Shown in pieces: positions 45,271 through 55,221 of a stretch of DNA of 64,000 nucleotides. Source of the stretch: a virus. Each line of letters begins with the position of its first letter. Within the stretch, counting starts at the first letter, position 1. Below the pieces are notes generated by a model that worked only from the letters and a program-made list of their open reading frames with translations, did not search any database and was not told the DNA's origin. The stretch is taken from the IMG/VR virus record IMGVR_UViG_3300009419_000013, positions 10,138 to 74,137 of that record; one strand, written 5' to 3'. The position numbers were made by a program, and so were the translations under genes.

Positions 45271-45844
45271 AGATAAAGTTTGCTACGAAGCTCCTAAATT
45301 TAAGGTTGTCGAAAGGGAGGGTAAAGCTGGTATAGTTTCGACAGTCGAGACCGTTATGATTTTACCGTTCATTTCAGATGATCAAGGTTTACCCCTGATG
45401 TTGGGGGTCATTAAAGAACCTAATCTTTTTAGAGAGGGAGGTAATACCACAAGTTTGATTACTGGAACGTGTGATGATGAAGACCCCGATTATTTAGCTA
45501 CAGCTAAAAGGGAGCTAAAAGAGGAATCTGGATATGATGTTGAAGATAGTTCGAAATGGTATTTTTTAGGAACTGTCACATCCAATAAGTTTGTACAGAA
45601 GGAATATCCATGTTTCGCTGTTAATGTTACCGATATTAAAAAGGGTAAAGCTGAAACTGATGGCTCTAAGCAGGAAAAAATGGCAGAATTTACTTTTATT
45701 CCTGCTAACGATGTTGTTAAATCTCAGGATGTTTTCATCCCAGCATTATTTCTAAAACTTTTTAAGTTTGTGGTTGGTATGGATTTGTATAATAGAGACG
45801 ATTCAGTTTTTGGTAAGGATAAAGGATTTTCGGTAGATATTTAA
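45260..45844 (+). CDS. Nudix hydrolase
   Basis: Nudix box G..D......TAKRELKEESGY. Confidence 0.82.
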   Translation: MKNKDKVCYEAPKFKVVEREGKAGIVSTVETVMILPFISDDQGLPLMLGVIKEPNLFREGGNTTSLITGTCDDEDPDYLATAKRELKEESGYDVEDSSKWYFLGTVTSNKFVQKEYPCFAVNVTDIKKGKAETDGSKQEKMAEFTFIPANDVVKSQDVFIPALFLKLFKFVVGMDLYNRDDSVFGKDKGFSVDI

Positions 45845-45855
45845 TTTTATATATT

Positions 45856-46152
45856 ATGAGTGCTAATAGAAGAGAGAGAAGAAAGTTATTGAGACAGTAT
45901 GGTCTTTTAGATACGATTAAAAAGACATCGGTTGGATCCAGAATTGAGGAAGGTCAGAATACACATAGATTAAATTTACAGAGAATCAAGAATGATCAAT
46001 TAAAAAAAGATAGGGAAAGAATGGGTAATTCTGACACTACCGAGAATATTAATTTTTATCATGATAGCAAGGATGAATATAGTGCATTTACTTCGATGCT
46101 TTCTTCCAAGAATTGGGAAAATTTAGATACTGGAGAGAAAGATGGAGAGTAA
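45856..46152 (+). CDS. Hypothetical basic protein
   Basis: 98-aa ORF, NRRERRK. Confidence 0.6.
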   Translation: MSANRRERRKLLRQYGLLDTIKKTSVGSRIEEGQNTHRLNLQRIKNDQLKKDRERMGNSDTTENINFYHDSKDEYSAFTSMLSSKNWENLDTGEKDGE

Positions 46153-46471
46153 AATGAAGATAAATTTCTATATATCTAGATATTCTCCCAAGGAAGCTAA
46201 AAAAAGATCGACATACGGATCTGATTTTTATGTTGTTGATATAGCAAAGATAATAAGAGAACTTGGATATAGTACGGATGAACTTTCAGTAGAATCCGAA
46301 TTTATCATAAATTACACTATTCGCAAGAAAATAATACAAGGAATATATAGTACAAAGTGTGACGGTATACTTGTATGCTATAAGAATATATCTCCCGATT
46401 TTGTAGAAAATTTGGAGATCCTATTAGATGAATATTCAGAAGAATTCGAGTATGCTATCACAGATCTTTAA
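46142..46471 (+). CDS. Hypothetical protein
   Basis: 109-aa ORF. Confidence 0.55.
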   Translation: MESKMKINFYISRYSPKEAKKRSTYGSDFYVVDIAKIIRELGYSTDELSVESEFIINYTIRKKIIQGIYSTKCDGILVCYKNISPDFVENLEILLDEYSEEFEYAITDL

Positions 46472-46492
46472 AAAAAAAGATTTGTATAGTAA

Positions 46493-48364
46493 ATGGGTAG
46501 CCCAGCAAATTTAGTAGAAAAACAACAGAGAGGTATATCAAAGGACCTCATAGAGAAAGCAAGTAATCTTGGATCCAATAATCCTTTTAAGGGTCCAACT
46601 GCGAGAAGTTTATTCTATGAAGCTGCAAAAAGAAATCCTGGAAAATATGGACAATTCCTGTTCTATTCTTTAGGCAGTAACGAGAATGATTTCATAGATG
46701 CATATTATAGATCGGAAAATGCCCAATATAACAGAAGGGTATCCTCATTAAAATCTAAAAATCCATCAGCTGGATATTTAATATCACAAACCAATAGTTT
46801 AGAAAATTCATTAGCCAGTGCAGATTCAACTTTAGCTGGATTAAGCTCCAGCTTTGAGAGAGATATAGTGGGTGGATTAGCAGCTCCTTATTCATGGAAG
46901 GATTTTTTATATGCTAAGCATTATGGTACTATACCTAATAATTATATGATAACTTTGAGAAGGTTTCCGACTCCAGTTCTGGATAATTTCTCAATACCTG
47001 CTATTGTTAAGGATTCAGATTCGTATAAAAAAGAGGGTGCAGGAAGACCTGTTGCACAGGCGGTAACATGGTTTGGCGGTAATACAGGTAATGCTCTAGG
47101 TGAGCTTATTTCATTTACTACTGGGCTAGAATGGACTCCTAAAACGCAGGAAAGTATAAAGGAAAGTAAATCTACGAGTAATGGATTTTTTGGAGATCTT
47201 CCATTCCAGTGGTTTTCGTCAGCTGCTAGAACTGCAACAGGAACTGATATATTAGCGAATGGGGTATCTTCTTTTGCAGAGGGTGCCGCAATTGCATTCG
47301 ATCCAAATAATACTTCAATAGACGATCTTAGGGTTAGAGGACTTAGAGACAGAGCAAAGGACGGATCAGCTGGGCTTCTATCCGAATACATTTGGGTTCC
47401 CTTGGATGTAGTTAAACAAACACAGGTAAGGGATGAGGGTCTTAAATTCACTTGGGAATCCCTGGTTGTTAATTTTGAATATGAATTAACTTCAGTGGGT
47501 GAGGTTAATACAAAGGCAGCAATGCTTGATATATTAGGTAACATGCTATCAATAGGAACAAATTATGGTAATTTTTTAACCCCTGATATAAGATATAATT
47601 CACAATTCCCAGCAATAGGGTTTCCTGGTGGAGATGCTGGTCTTGCATCATTCTATAGGGACCCACTACAATTTGTAATTGAATATGGCGATCAGTTAAC
47701 TAATCCTACAAAAATAGCTACTGAAGCTGCTGGTGGTGCAACAGAAACTGGCGGATTTGGCTTGAATGGCGCAAATGGAAATAGTATGAATGATCTGAGA
47801 TCTGAATTTGAAAGAATAGTCGGAGATGGTACTGATGCTAATAAGGGTGAAAAATTAACGGTTAGTAAGCTGAAGGAGCTCTCTGCCAAATTTGGATCAG
47901 GTTTCGGTAAATTACTTAAATTAACAGTTTTACCTGATTTTATAGAAAAATGGCAGGCACCTGCTAGTTTACTTACCGGTGCACCTATAGGCGAATGGCA
48001 TTTAACTATAGGTAATCCATGTAATCCTATAGCAATGATCGGAAATCTTGTTTGTGACAGTGTTGATATATCTTTTGGTGATACATTAGGACCTGATGAT
48101 TTTCCAACTACTCTAAAAGCAAAATTTACTTTGCTACATGGTAGAGATAGGGAGCGAGGTGAGATAGAGAGTATATTTAATAGGGGTGATGGTAGACTTT
48201 ATCAATCCAGCTTGGAAACATCGGCATCCGCTCAATCTTATAATTCACAAGCTGATGTTAATGGTAATCCTCTTAGCGAACAAACCATTAATAGATATTT
48301 GAATATGAATTCATATACCACCGAATTGACAGATCAGCTAGGCCCTAATATACCTCAACCTTAA
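46493..48364 (+). CDS. Baseplate / tube-initiator-like structural protein (gp48-like)
   Basis: First gene of the baseplate module; tube-fold-like C-terminus (LTIGNP..IGNLVC..V.I.F...GPDDFPT.LKA.FTL). Confidence 0.5.
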   Translation: MGSPANLVEKQQRGISKDLIEKASNLGSNNPFKGPTARSLFYEAAKRNPGKYGQFLFYSLGSNENDFIDAYYRSENAQYNRRVSSLKSKNPSAGYLISQTNSLENSLASADSTLAGLSSSFERDIVGGLAAPYSWKDFLYAKHYGTIPNNYMITLRRFPTPVLDNFSIPAIVKDSDSYKKEGAGRPVAQAVTWFGGNTGNALGELISFTTGLEWTPKTQESIKESKSTSNGFFGDLPFQWFSSAARTATGTDILANGVSSFAEGAAIAFDPNNTSIDDLRVRGLRDRAKDGSAGLLSEYIWVPLDVVKQTQVRDEGLKFTWESLVVNFEYELTSVGEVNTKAAMLDILGNMLSIGTNYGNFLTPDIRYNSQFPAIGFPGGDAGLASFYRDPLQFVIEYGDQLTNPTKIATEAAGGATETGGFGLNGANGNSMNDLRSEFERIVGDGTDANKGEKLTVSKLKELSAKFGSGFGKLLKLTVLPDFIEKWQAPASLLTGAPIGEWHLTIGNPCNPIAMIGNLVCDSVDISFGDTLGPDDFPTTLKAKFTLLHGRDRERGEIESIFNRGDGRLYQSSLETSASAQSYNSQADVNGNPLSEQTINRYLNMNSYTTELTDQLGPNIPQP

Positions 48365-48379
48365 AAATAATAGATAAAA

Positions 48380-48970
48380 ATGGGACTTCTTCTGATAGAT
48401 ACTATATCAAGAAATAAATCAATATTTAATCCTTCATCCGATTTAGATTCCAATAAATTCGGGATTTGGGATTTAACTAGAGCATCAATTACTTACGATA
48501 ACGTGGATGTTAAAATAGGCGAGGTTTTTATTGTTGGCGATGATTATCAGATGAGACCAGATCTAATAGCAGCTATTAAATTTGGTGATCAGGGTAAAAT
48601 GGGATCTCTGCTAAAGTTGAATAACATAAGCAATCCATTTGCGATGGACCAGAATAGGGTGCTGATGCTTCCAACCAGTAGCACGATAGACAGCACATTT
48701 AATGTTAAAAAATCTAAAAACCAGGCAGTCTCATCATCCAATACCAGTACTAACGCTAATCAGGTATTTAGAAATAACCAAGAACAGAAGAAGTTTAAGG
48801 TTAGTGATGGTAGAAAAAAGTTTTTGGATTCCAAAATAAAGAATGTTCCAGAAATGGCTTTACCACCTAATGTTATGCAACCTAGTCAAAGAACAATAAT
48901 TAAAAAGGATGGATTTATAATATTCGCTCCCGACTCAGGTGGTGGAGGATTAACACAGCCATCAAATTAA
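48380..48970 (+). CDS. Baseplate wedge LysM-like protein (gp53-like)
   Basis: V.DDYQMRPDLIA...G......LLK.N.ISNPF......L.LP. Confidence 0.7.
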   Translation: MGLLLIDTISRNKSIFNPSSDLDSNKFGIWDLTRASITYDNVDVKIGEVFIVGDDYQMRPDLIAAIKFGDQGKMGSLLKLNNISNPFAMDQNRVLMLPTSSTIDSTFNVKKSKNQAVSSSNTSTNANQVFRNNQEQKKFKVSDGRKKFLDSKIKNVPEMALPPNVMQPSQRTIIKKDGFIIFAPDSGGGGLTQPSN

Positions 48971-48982
48971 CATTAACCGATT

Positions 48983-50536
48983 ATGAATACTGATGACATA
49001 AAGATAATTTCATTGGCTTTAAATAATATGAAGCTGGATGAGATGCTTAAAGTTGATAAGTCGGGCGGATCCGGTAACGTACAGAAACTTAGGGATACTG
49101 GTGAGACATCACAATATTCGATAGGTTTGGAATCACCCTATATAATGATCAATGGATATCCGGTAAGTAAAGGGCTCACTAAATTCCATCTGGATTTGAA
49201 TGGATTCTTACCTGTAATAAGGTTTTCTTTTAATGTATTGGAACCATTGTTTATTTCGGTTAGTTATCCCAAGGATGGAGATATAGTTTCAGTATATCTT
49301 AGATCACCAGGTGATCTATATAATCCGATGAGAATGGACTATAAGATATTATCCGTTGATGGTGGGGTATCCAGTAAATATTCGCCAACAGGTTCAGATC
49401 CAAATGGTATTAATTTTAAATTTTCAATAGTTGCTGAGTGTTATATACCGGGTTTATACTCGCCAGTCATAAAGTCATTCAGTAATAAATCATCAGCTGA
49501 TGTTCTACTTGAGGTTTCACAGGAGCTTAATTTGGGGTTTGCTACAAATGAAAATGCTACTGTTGATGAGATGACGTGGATATGTCCAAATTATTCATAT
49601 TATGATTTTATATCCGATGTTTGCATAAGATCATATAAAGATGATGAGACCAGCTTTTTTGATTGCTGGGTTGATCAGTATTATAATGTTAATTTTGTAA
49701 ATATGGGTACACAATTTGCATTTCAAGGTGATCCTAAACAGGAAGTAATGTTTATACCCGGTTATACCTCGGATGGGATTAAGCCTGATGCAAATATACC
49801 GGGATCTTCTGCTGCAGCTCCAACAACAACACCGTTTGTTTTGACCAATATGCTAGGTGCGGGGATAACCCCATTTTTTATAAATGGATATACTCTAACC
49901 TCAAGATCAGGTAATGTTTCAAACTATTCCGGTTATGTCAATACGATTGGTTTTTATGACGAGAATACTACTGCGGAGACACCTTCTGAAAAATATACCA
50001 AATATGATATGGAATCACAAACACCGGAGAATATAGAAACCGGTATGATTTTACAAAAGGGTAGAGCAAGAGATAATGAATATAAGAATGAAACCAGAAG
50101 AGAATGGCTAGGACCAATTAATATTAATGTGGATGCAACTTATGGTGGAGTCCATGAAAATTATTATCATACAAAAATGCAGAATATTATAAATATTTTG
50201 GATGTAAATAAACTAACCCTCGAAATAGAAATGAGTTCATATTTTGCTGGTGTCATAAAAGGACAGGTCGTCCCTGTTTCAATATATGCATTTGATGGAG
50301 GACCAAGACAGCAAAACACTGGAAACCTTCCGAACAAGGAATCTAATAAAACTATGTCACCTACTTTGGATTTATTTCTATCTGGGAATTATGTAGTTTT
50401 GGGTGTTGAAATATACTGGACCCCTAGCGGAGGTCTTAAACAAAAGCTGAATTTAAGTAGAAGAGCATGGACTGCTAATTCTTCAGGAGCTCTTCCTAAA
50501 GCTTTCCCAATATCCATACAAAGTGGACAATTCTAA
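48983..50536 (+). CDS. Baseplate hub protein (gp27-like)
   Basis: Position before the spike; SF..KS, MTWICPN, C-terminal LSG.Y.V.......L.LSRR. Confidence 0.55.
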   Translation: MNTDDIKIISLALNNMKLDEMLKVDKSGGSGNVQKLRDTGETSQYSIGLESPYIMINGYPVSKGLTKFHLDLNGFLPVIRFSFNVLEPLFISVSYPKDGDIVSVYLRSPGDLYNPMRMDYKILSVDGGVSSKYSPTGSDPNGINFKFSIVAECYIPGLYSPVIKSFSNKSSADVLLEVSQELNLGFATNENATVDEMTWICPNYSYYDFISDVCIRSYKDDETSFFDCWVDQYYNVNFVNMGTQFAFQGDPKQEVMFIPGYTSDGIKPDANIPGSSAAAPTTTPFVLTNMLGAGITPFFINGYTLTSRSGNVSNYSGYVNTIGFYDENTTAETPSEKYTKYDMESQTPENIETGMILQKGRARDNEYKNETRREWLGPININVDATYGGVHENYYHTKMQNIINILDVNKLTLEIEMSSYFAGVIKGQVVPVSIYAFDGGPRQQNTGNLPNKESNKTMSPTLDLFLSGNYVVLGVEIYWTPSGGLKQKLNLSRRAWTANSSGALPKAFPISIQSGQF

Positions 50537-50542
50537 GGTTGA

Positions 50543-50559
50543 GATAAATAGTATAAATA
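50543..50559 (+). promoter_or_regulatory. Putative late promoter (GATAAATA followed by TATAAATA)
   Basis: Before ATG 50571. Confidence 0.5.
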
Positions 50560-50570
50560 ATTTTTTTTAA

Positions 50571-52871
50571 ATGTCATTCGGAGCAACAGATCAACAAAGG
50601 AGTTTATTTCTAAAAGGCTTTAAATTATCGAAGCAAGGTAATTACGAGGATCCAACATATCTTGGATTTAAAATAGTATTCGATTTTGGTAATTTACCGG
50701 TTGGACCAGACGATGGTCTTCCGCCTAGTCCATTATTCAGGGATAGAAGTTATTTCTACGGTGCAGGTGCTAGTAATTTTGCAGAAAATCCATTCGGACA
50801 ACCACAATATGATTCAGTTTCAGGATCAGCTGACGGTAAGGTAGCTTTCTATTCGGCTACTAGTTATCTGGAGGAAAGAGAATCTGATTTTGCTTATGGT
50901 GGAAAAAGATCTGATATGCTGAGACAGTTTAAATTGACTCTTAATGACATAGTAACAAATTCACCATGGTTTATCCAATCAATAGGAGGTTTAGATAAAT
51001 TAGCACAGGTTGGAAGACCTGGGTACAGTCCACAATCCGATGGCGGAGAATTTAATCCACAAAGAACAGGTGGTAAGGTATTGGAAATATCTACGCTAGA
51101 ATCAATAAATCTTAGAATGTCTGCTTTGGCTGATTTATACAATCAGGCAACTTTCGATTATGATAATATGAGGGAATTATTACCCAGAAACCTTAGAAAA
51201 TTTAGAATGTATATTTTTGTTTCTGAGGTTAGAAATTTCTTTAAAACATCTAGACTTATAGGATCATCAGCAGCATTAACAGCTATTGACAATCTATCAA
51301 CATTACTTGGATCTGGTAATAATCCGGGGTCAAATTTGGGAGCTTCTACTGGTGTGGATTCACAACAGAATGAGAATTTCAAAGCTCCAAATGCTAATAT
51401 AAGTCCATCAAGCTCATTTAACTCATTTGTTGGTAATGTTGTAAATCAATCTGGACTTGATAATGATCTATCACTTTTAAAAAATCAGCAGGATCAATCC
51501 GGTATAAAACCAGTTATGGTTTTTGAATGTAGAGGTTGTGAATTTGACTTTACCGAGAGTACACCGATTTCAGATGACCTTAATATAGGAACATCAGCGG
51601 AAGCAGTTACACAGAAATTTAAAATTCATATAGACAGGGTTAGAGTTAGAAGTCAATATCCAAATATTAGACAGGATGGGAAACCTTTAGTACTTGGTGA
51701 TAGCTGGGATGGTGCTAGATCATCAGTTCAGAAAAATCCTAAGGATCAGGATGACATATTATCAATAGGAAGTCAATTGCTTACTAATTTTGTTAGTAAT
51801 TCACTAAATGATTTAATTAATGAAGGTGTTGCAAATTTCATACAACCAAATTTACAAGGGCTAAATAAGCTAGCACTTGGTAATGCATATAGTTTTAATC
51901 CTGGAGAGATATTAACAAGTTTATCATTTAATAACGCTCAAAAATTCTTGGATGGTCTAGGAGGAGTTAATGCAGGTATCAGTAAAACTGATTTCCCTAC
52001 TCCACAATCAACCGGATTAGGTGGTCCACCACAAAGAGCTTATCCTGCACCTGGTGGTGACGTTTATAGCAGAGTAGCTGGAGCTGATCTAGGCGTGCCT
52101 GAAAGAGTTTATCCTGAACCTAGTGGTGATGTCTACACTGGTGTACCAGGAGCTGATTTGGGTGCTCCTGACAGAGTTTATCCAGCTCCACAAGGTGATG
52201 TCTACTCTGGTGTACCAGGATCTGATCTAGGTGTACCTGGCAGGGTTTATCCAGCTCCTCAGGGTGATGTATATTCGGATGTTCCAGGTGCTGATTTAGG
52301 AGTTCCTGATAGGGTTTATCCAGCTCCACAAGGTGACGTGTATGATAATGTTCCTGGATCTGATTTAGGCTCGCCTGATAGAGTTTACCCTGCTCCTGGT
52401 GGTGATGTGTATGCTAATGTACCAGGATCTGATCTGGGAGTTCCTGATAGAATATACCCTGAATTTAATGATAGTGTTTATCCTGAGCCTGTACCAGGTC
52501 AAAATCTAGGAAATACTGAGAGAGTTTATAATGATGTTGAGCAATCAGCATCACTAGGTGAATCACAAGTTTATACCGATGTAATTCCTCCACCTAGTAA
52601 CGCCGAACTTAATCAATCGATATATCCTGCGGAAACACAAATAACCTCCAATGGTGAATTAAGAAGTCCTTCAAATACTTTTAACTCAACACCAACTCCG
52701 GTTTATCCAAGACAGGAAGTAAAATACAGAAGAGGTGATATAGGTAAGGTGTATCCATCGGTTAGCGGAGATTTCGATACATCGGATGAGAATCTAGGAA
52801 ACTTAAAACCTGATACCAAATATAATATTAGTATAGATGGATTTAATCCAAAAAGCTCCGATTTTAATTAA
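50571..52871 (+). CDS. Baseplate / tube-initiator-like protein with Pro/Gly tandem repeats
   Basis: EDPTYLGF N-terminal domain, located in the baseplate module; 23-aa repeats. Confidence 0.5.
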   Translation: MSFGATDQQRSLFLKGFKLSKQGNYEDPTYLGFKIVFDFGNLPVGPDDGLPPSPLFRDRSYFYGAGASNFAENPFGQPQYDSVSGSADGKVAFYSATSYLEERESDFAYGGKRSDMLRQFKLTLNDIVTNSPWFIQSIGGLDKLAQVGRPGYSPQSDGGEFNPQRTGGKVLEISTLESINLRMSALADLYNQATFDYDNMRELLPRNLRKFRMYIFVSEVRNFFKTSRLIGSSAALTAIDNLSTLLGSGNNPGSNLGASTGVDSQQNENFKAPNANISPSSSFNSFVGNVVNQSGLDNDLSLLKNQQDQSGIKPVMVFECRGCEFDFTESTPISDDLNIGTSAEAVTQKFKIHIDRVRVRSQYPNIRQDGKPLVLGDSWDGARSSVQKNPKDQDDILSIGSQLLTNFVSNSLNDLINEGVANFIQPNLQGLNKLALGNAYSFNPGEILTSLSFNNAQKFLDGLGGVNAGISKTDFPTPQSTGLGGPPQRAYPAPGGDVYSRVAGADLGVPERVYPEPSGDVYTGVPGADLGAPDRVYPAPQGDVYSGVPGSDLGVPGRVYPAPQGDVYSDVPGADLGVPDRVYPAPQGDVYDNVPGSDLGSPDRVYPAPGGDVYANVPGSDLGVPDRIYPEFNDSVYPEPVPGQNLGNTERVYNDVEQSASLGESQVYTDVIPPPSNAELNQSIYPAETQITSNGELRSPSNTFNSTPTPVYPRQEVKYRRGDIGKVYPSVSGDFDTSDENLGNLKPDTKYNISIDGFNPKSSDFN
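52035..52448 (+). repeat. Six 69-nt (23-aa, RVYPAPQGDVYSxVPGxDLGVPD) coding tandem repeats plus degenerate copies
   Basis: Visible in DNA and translation. Confidence 0.92.
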
Positions 52872-52874
52872 AAG

Positions 52875-53576
52875 ATGGAAAATAGAAAAACATATCTGGG
52901 TAAAATAGCGGATAACAAAGACCCTTTATATCAGGGTAGAGCAAAGATAAGTGTTTTTGGTATATTTGATGATATACCGGTTGAAGATTTGCCTTGGGCA
53001 GAACAGATACCTGGTGTTTCTTTTGGAGGTGGCGGGGTAGGTGGAAATATTTCCATCCCGAAAATAGATTCTGTTGTTGCAGTTTATTTTGAGAATGAAA
53101 ATTATTATAAGGTCTACTATGATTATATCAAGGAGATTGACCCCGTTCTTAAGGAGGAGCTAAAGACTGAGAATTCATACGAGGGCACACATTCTCTATT
53201 GTATGATAGTGAGTCTGAGTCCGGCGTGCTTAAAATGATTTACACCAGGAGTAAAGGCTTATTATTTCAGCTTGGTGAAGCTTCGATCCAGATAGACACA
53301 CAAAATGCGGGAACGGACAAGGAGAAACTCAGAATAGTTCTGAAAATGAATGAGGATGAGATAAGAATGGAAAAAAGCGGAGGAAAACAGAAGGTAATAG
53401 TTAAATCCGAAAATATTGAGCTCGGTGACGGAGCTGTAGAAAAACTCGTACTCGGAAATAAATTTTTATCGCTATTTAATCAACATACCCACCCTACTGG
53501 TGTTGGACCTTCAGGTGTTCCCATTATTCCCATGGTTGACATACAGCATCTAAGTCAAGTATCTAAAACCAAATAA
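52875..53576 (+). CDS. gp5: Baseplate central spike (gp5/gpV-like OB-fold)
   Basis: Y.G....NKDP..QGR.K..VFG, LPWA, IP.....V.V.F; C-terminal FNQHTHP metal-binding apex. Confidence 0.85.
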   Translation: MENRKTYLGKIADNKDPLYQGRAKISVFGIFDDIPVEDLPWAEQIPGVSFGGGGVGGNISIPKIDSVVAVYFENENYYKVYYDYIKEIDPVLKEELKTENSYEGTHSLLYDSESESGVLKMIYTRSKGLLFQLGEASIQIDTQNAGTDKEKLRIVLKMNEDEIRMEKSGGKQKVIVKSENIELGDGAVEKLVLGNKFLSLFNQHTHPTGVGPSGVPIIPMVDIQHLSQVSKTK

Positions 53577-53578
53577 CA

Positions 53579-55135
53579 ATGCCAGCAGATTGGACATCAT
53601 TTATAAATAACGTTAGCCAGAAATTTGGATCGCAGGATCTTAAGGATTCTGATGATCTTGCTGAATATTTAACATCACAATATATTGCAGCAACCGTTAA
53701 TAAGGCTCAATCACCATTCGGGAATCTACACAAGAAAGGCAAGGATTCAGTTATGAAATCTAAATTTTCTGAGGCATTCAAAATGTTGGAGAAAGAGAGG
53801 GTTCCGTCCTTTGCTGATAAAGAAAGTGATCCGATGTATGCAGATCTTGAAGAGGCTATACCTGAGGTAGATGCAAGTGATGCAGCAAATAAAGTTGAAC
53901 TTGATTTTAGGAACTGGACGGAGGTCAATAAAAAAACAATCCCTCCCTTTAGATTTTCCCAATTTTTTTCCCAATTCCCGAATATACCATCATCGAGAGA
54001 GCAGGTAGTTACCGAGATAGCTAGAAAAATAATTAAAGAATTTGATGGTAGTTCTAATTATTTAAAATGGATATACACATTAAAATATGGTGTATTCAGA
54101 GATTATGGAAGTGAAGTAATAGACAAGATAGATGATATATTAGCTCCCGTGCTATATAGAAGTCCTAAAATTGGTGATATTATAAAGGCTACTGTCCCGG
54201 TAGATGGAGTTACCTTTAATGCTAATGCTAAGATCGTAGCTATTTTACCTAATAAAAAATATAACGTAAGATTTACATATTTTAATGAGGTTTATACAAG
54301 AACTATAGAAATTACCGAAACCAGGGTAAATAGAAAATTGACGGATGAGGATCTTTCCAATATAAGAAATATTGAAAATCAAAACATATCAAAGCAAATA
54401 TATCAGGAGGATCATCAGATGAATCCCAATAGGATACCAAAATATATAACGCCATCATTTATATCTAAATTTACATATTCTGCTGGATCTGGTGATTCAT
54501 CATTATTCGGAGAATTTGGTAGACTTATAAATATAGATTTCGATGACCTCTATATTAGAGATCTGATATCTTTTTTTAATAATGATTCGTTACTTAGTAC
54601 TTTTGAAACAAATCGTAATCTTTTTAATGATTTTATCTCCAATATATCCCAGTCCATTCGTAAGAAAAATATAAGCTATGAATTCGAGAGAACTAGATAT
54701 TATGATCTTAAAATCAGATGGGTTAATGAAATAGCTGAAGCTGCTAAGAAAAATGAGGATCCAGATAAGCCGGAGGATCCATATCGTATTATGGCAAAGG
54801 GTGTTATAGATTATTGGAAATCTACTGTAACCCAACCATTACAGGCATCTCCACCGGTGCCACCTGCTTTATTGGTACCCCCACAGGGTGGATCCTATAT
54901 ACCCATTTATTATGGTAGTGCCGAGACATTGGCAAATAATCTAAGAAGAGCATTTAACTCAGGTAAAAAATACAGGGGACCTGGTCAGAAAGTAATAGCT
55001 GCTAAGGTAGTTGCTGCTGCTATAGCATACTCTTTTGCTATGAATTTATTGGAGCTTAAATTTATATATAGAGGTGGTATTCCTGGTCCTAACGGACCTG
55101 TTCCTATGATTGGTTTTGTGCCACTAGTTTTCTAA
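53579..55135 (+). CDS. Hypothetical baseplate-associated protein
   Basis: Follows the spike; Pro-rich C-terminal domain. Confidence 0.55.
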   Translation: MPADWTSFINNVSQKFGSQDLKDSDDLAEYLTSQYIAATVNKAQSPFGNLHKKGKDSVMKSKFSEAFKMLEKERVPSFADKESDPMYADLEEAIPEVDASDAANKVELDFRNWTEVNKKTIPPFRFSQFFSQFPNIPSSREQVVTEIARKIIKEFDGSSNYLKWIYTLKYGVFRDYGSEVIDKIDDILAPVLYRSPKIGDIIKATVPVDGVTFNANAKIVAILPNKKYNVRFTYFNEVYTRTIEITETRVNRKLTDEDLSNIRNIENQNISKQIYQEDHQMNPNRIPKYITPSFISKFTYSAGSGDSSLFGEFGRLINIDFDDLYIRDLISFFNNDSLLSTFETNRNLFNDFISNISQSIRKKNISYEFERTRYYDLKIRWVNEIAEAAKKNEDPDKPEDPYRIMAKGVIDYWKSTVTQPLQASPPVPPALLVPPQGGSYIPIYYGSAETLANNLRRAFNSGKKYRGPGQKVIAAKVVAAAIAYSFAMNLLELKFIYRGGIPGPNGPVPMIGFVPLVF

Positions 55136-55169
55136 TAATTTCCAAATATAATAAAGGAACTTAAAGATA

Positions 55170-55177
55170 GATATATA
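55170..55177 (+). promoter_or_regulatory. Putative late promoter GATATATA
   Basis: Upstream of the S1-like gene. Confidence 0.6.
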
Positions 55178-55221
55178 GTACAATTAATAACATTTTTATC
55201 ACTTTTTAAACTAAAAAAAAC

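Noticed and set aside
52035-52448. CRISPR-like array with 69-nt period
   Set aside because: The whole unit repeats, in frame, with codon-level variation; there is no repeat-spacer structure.
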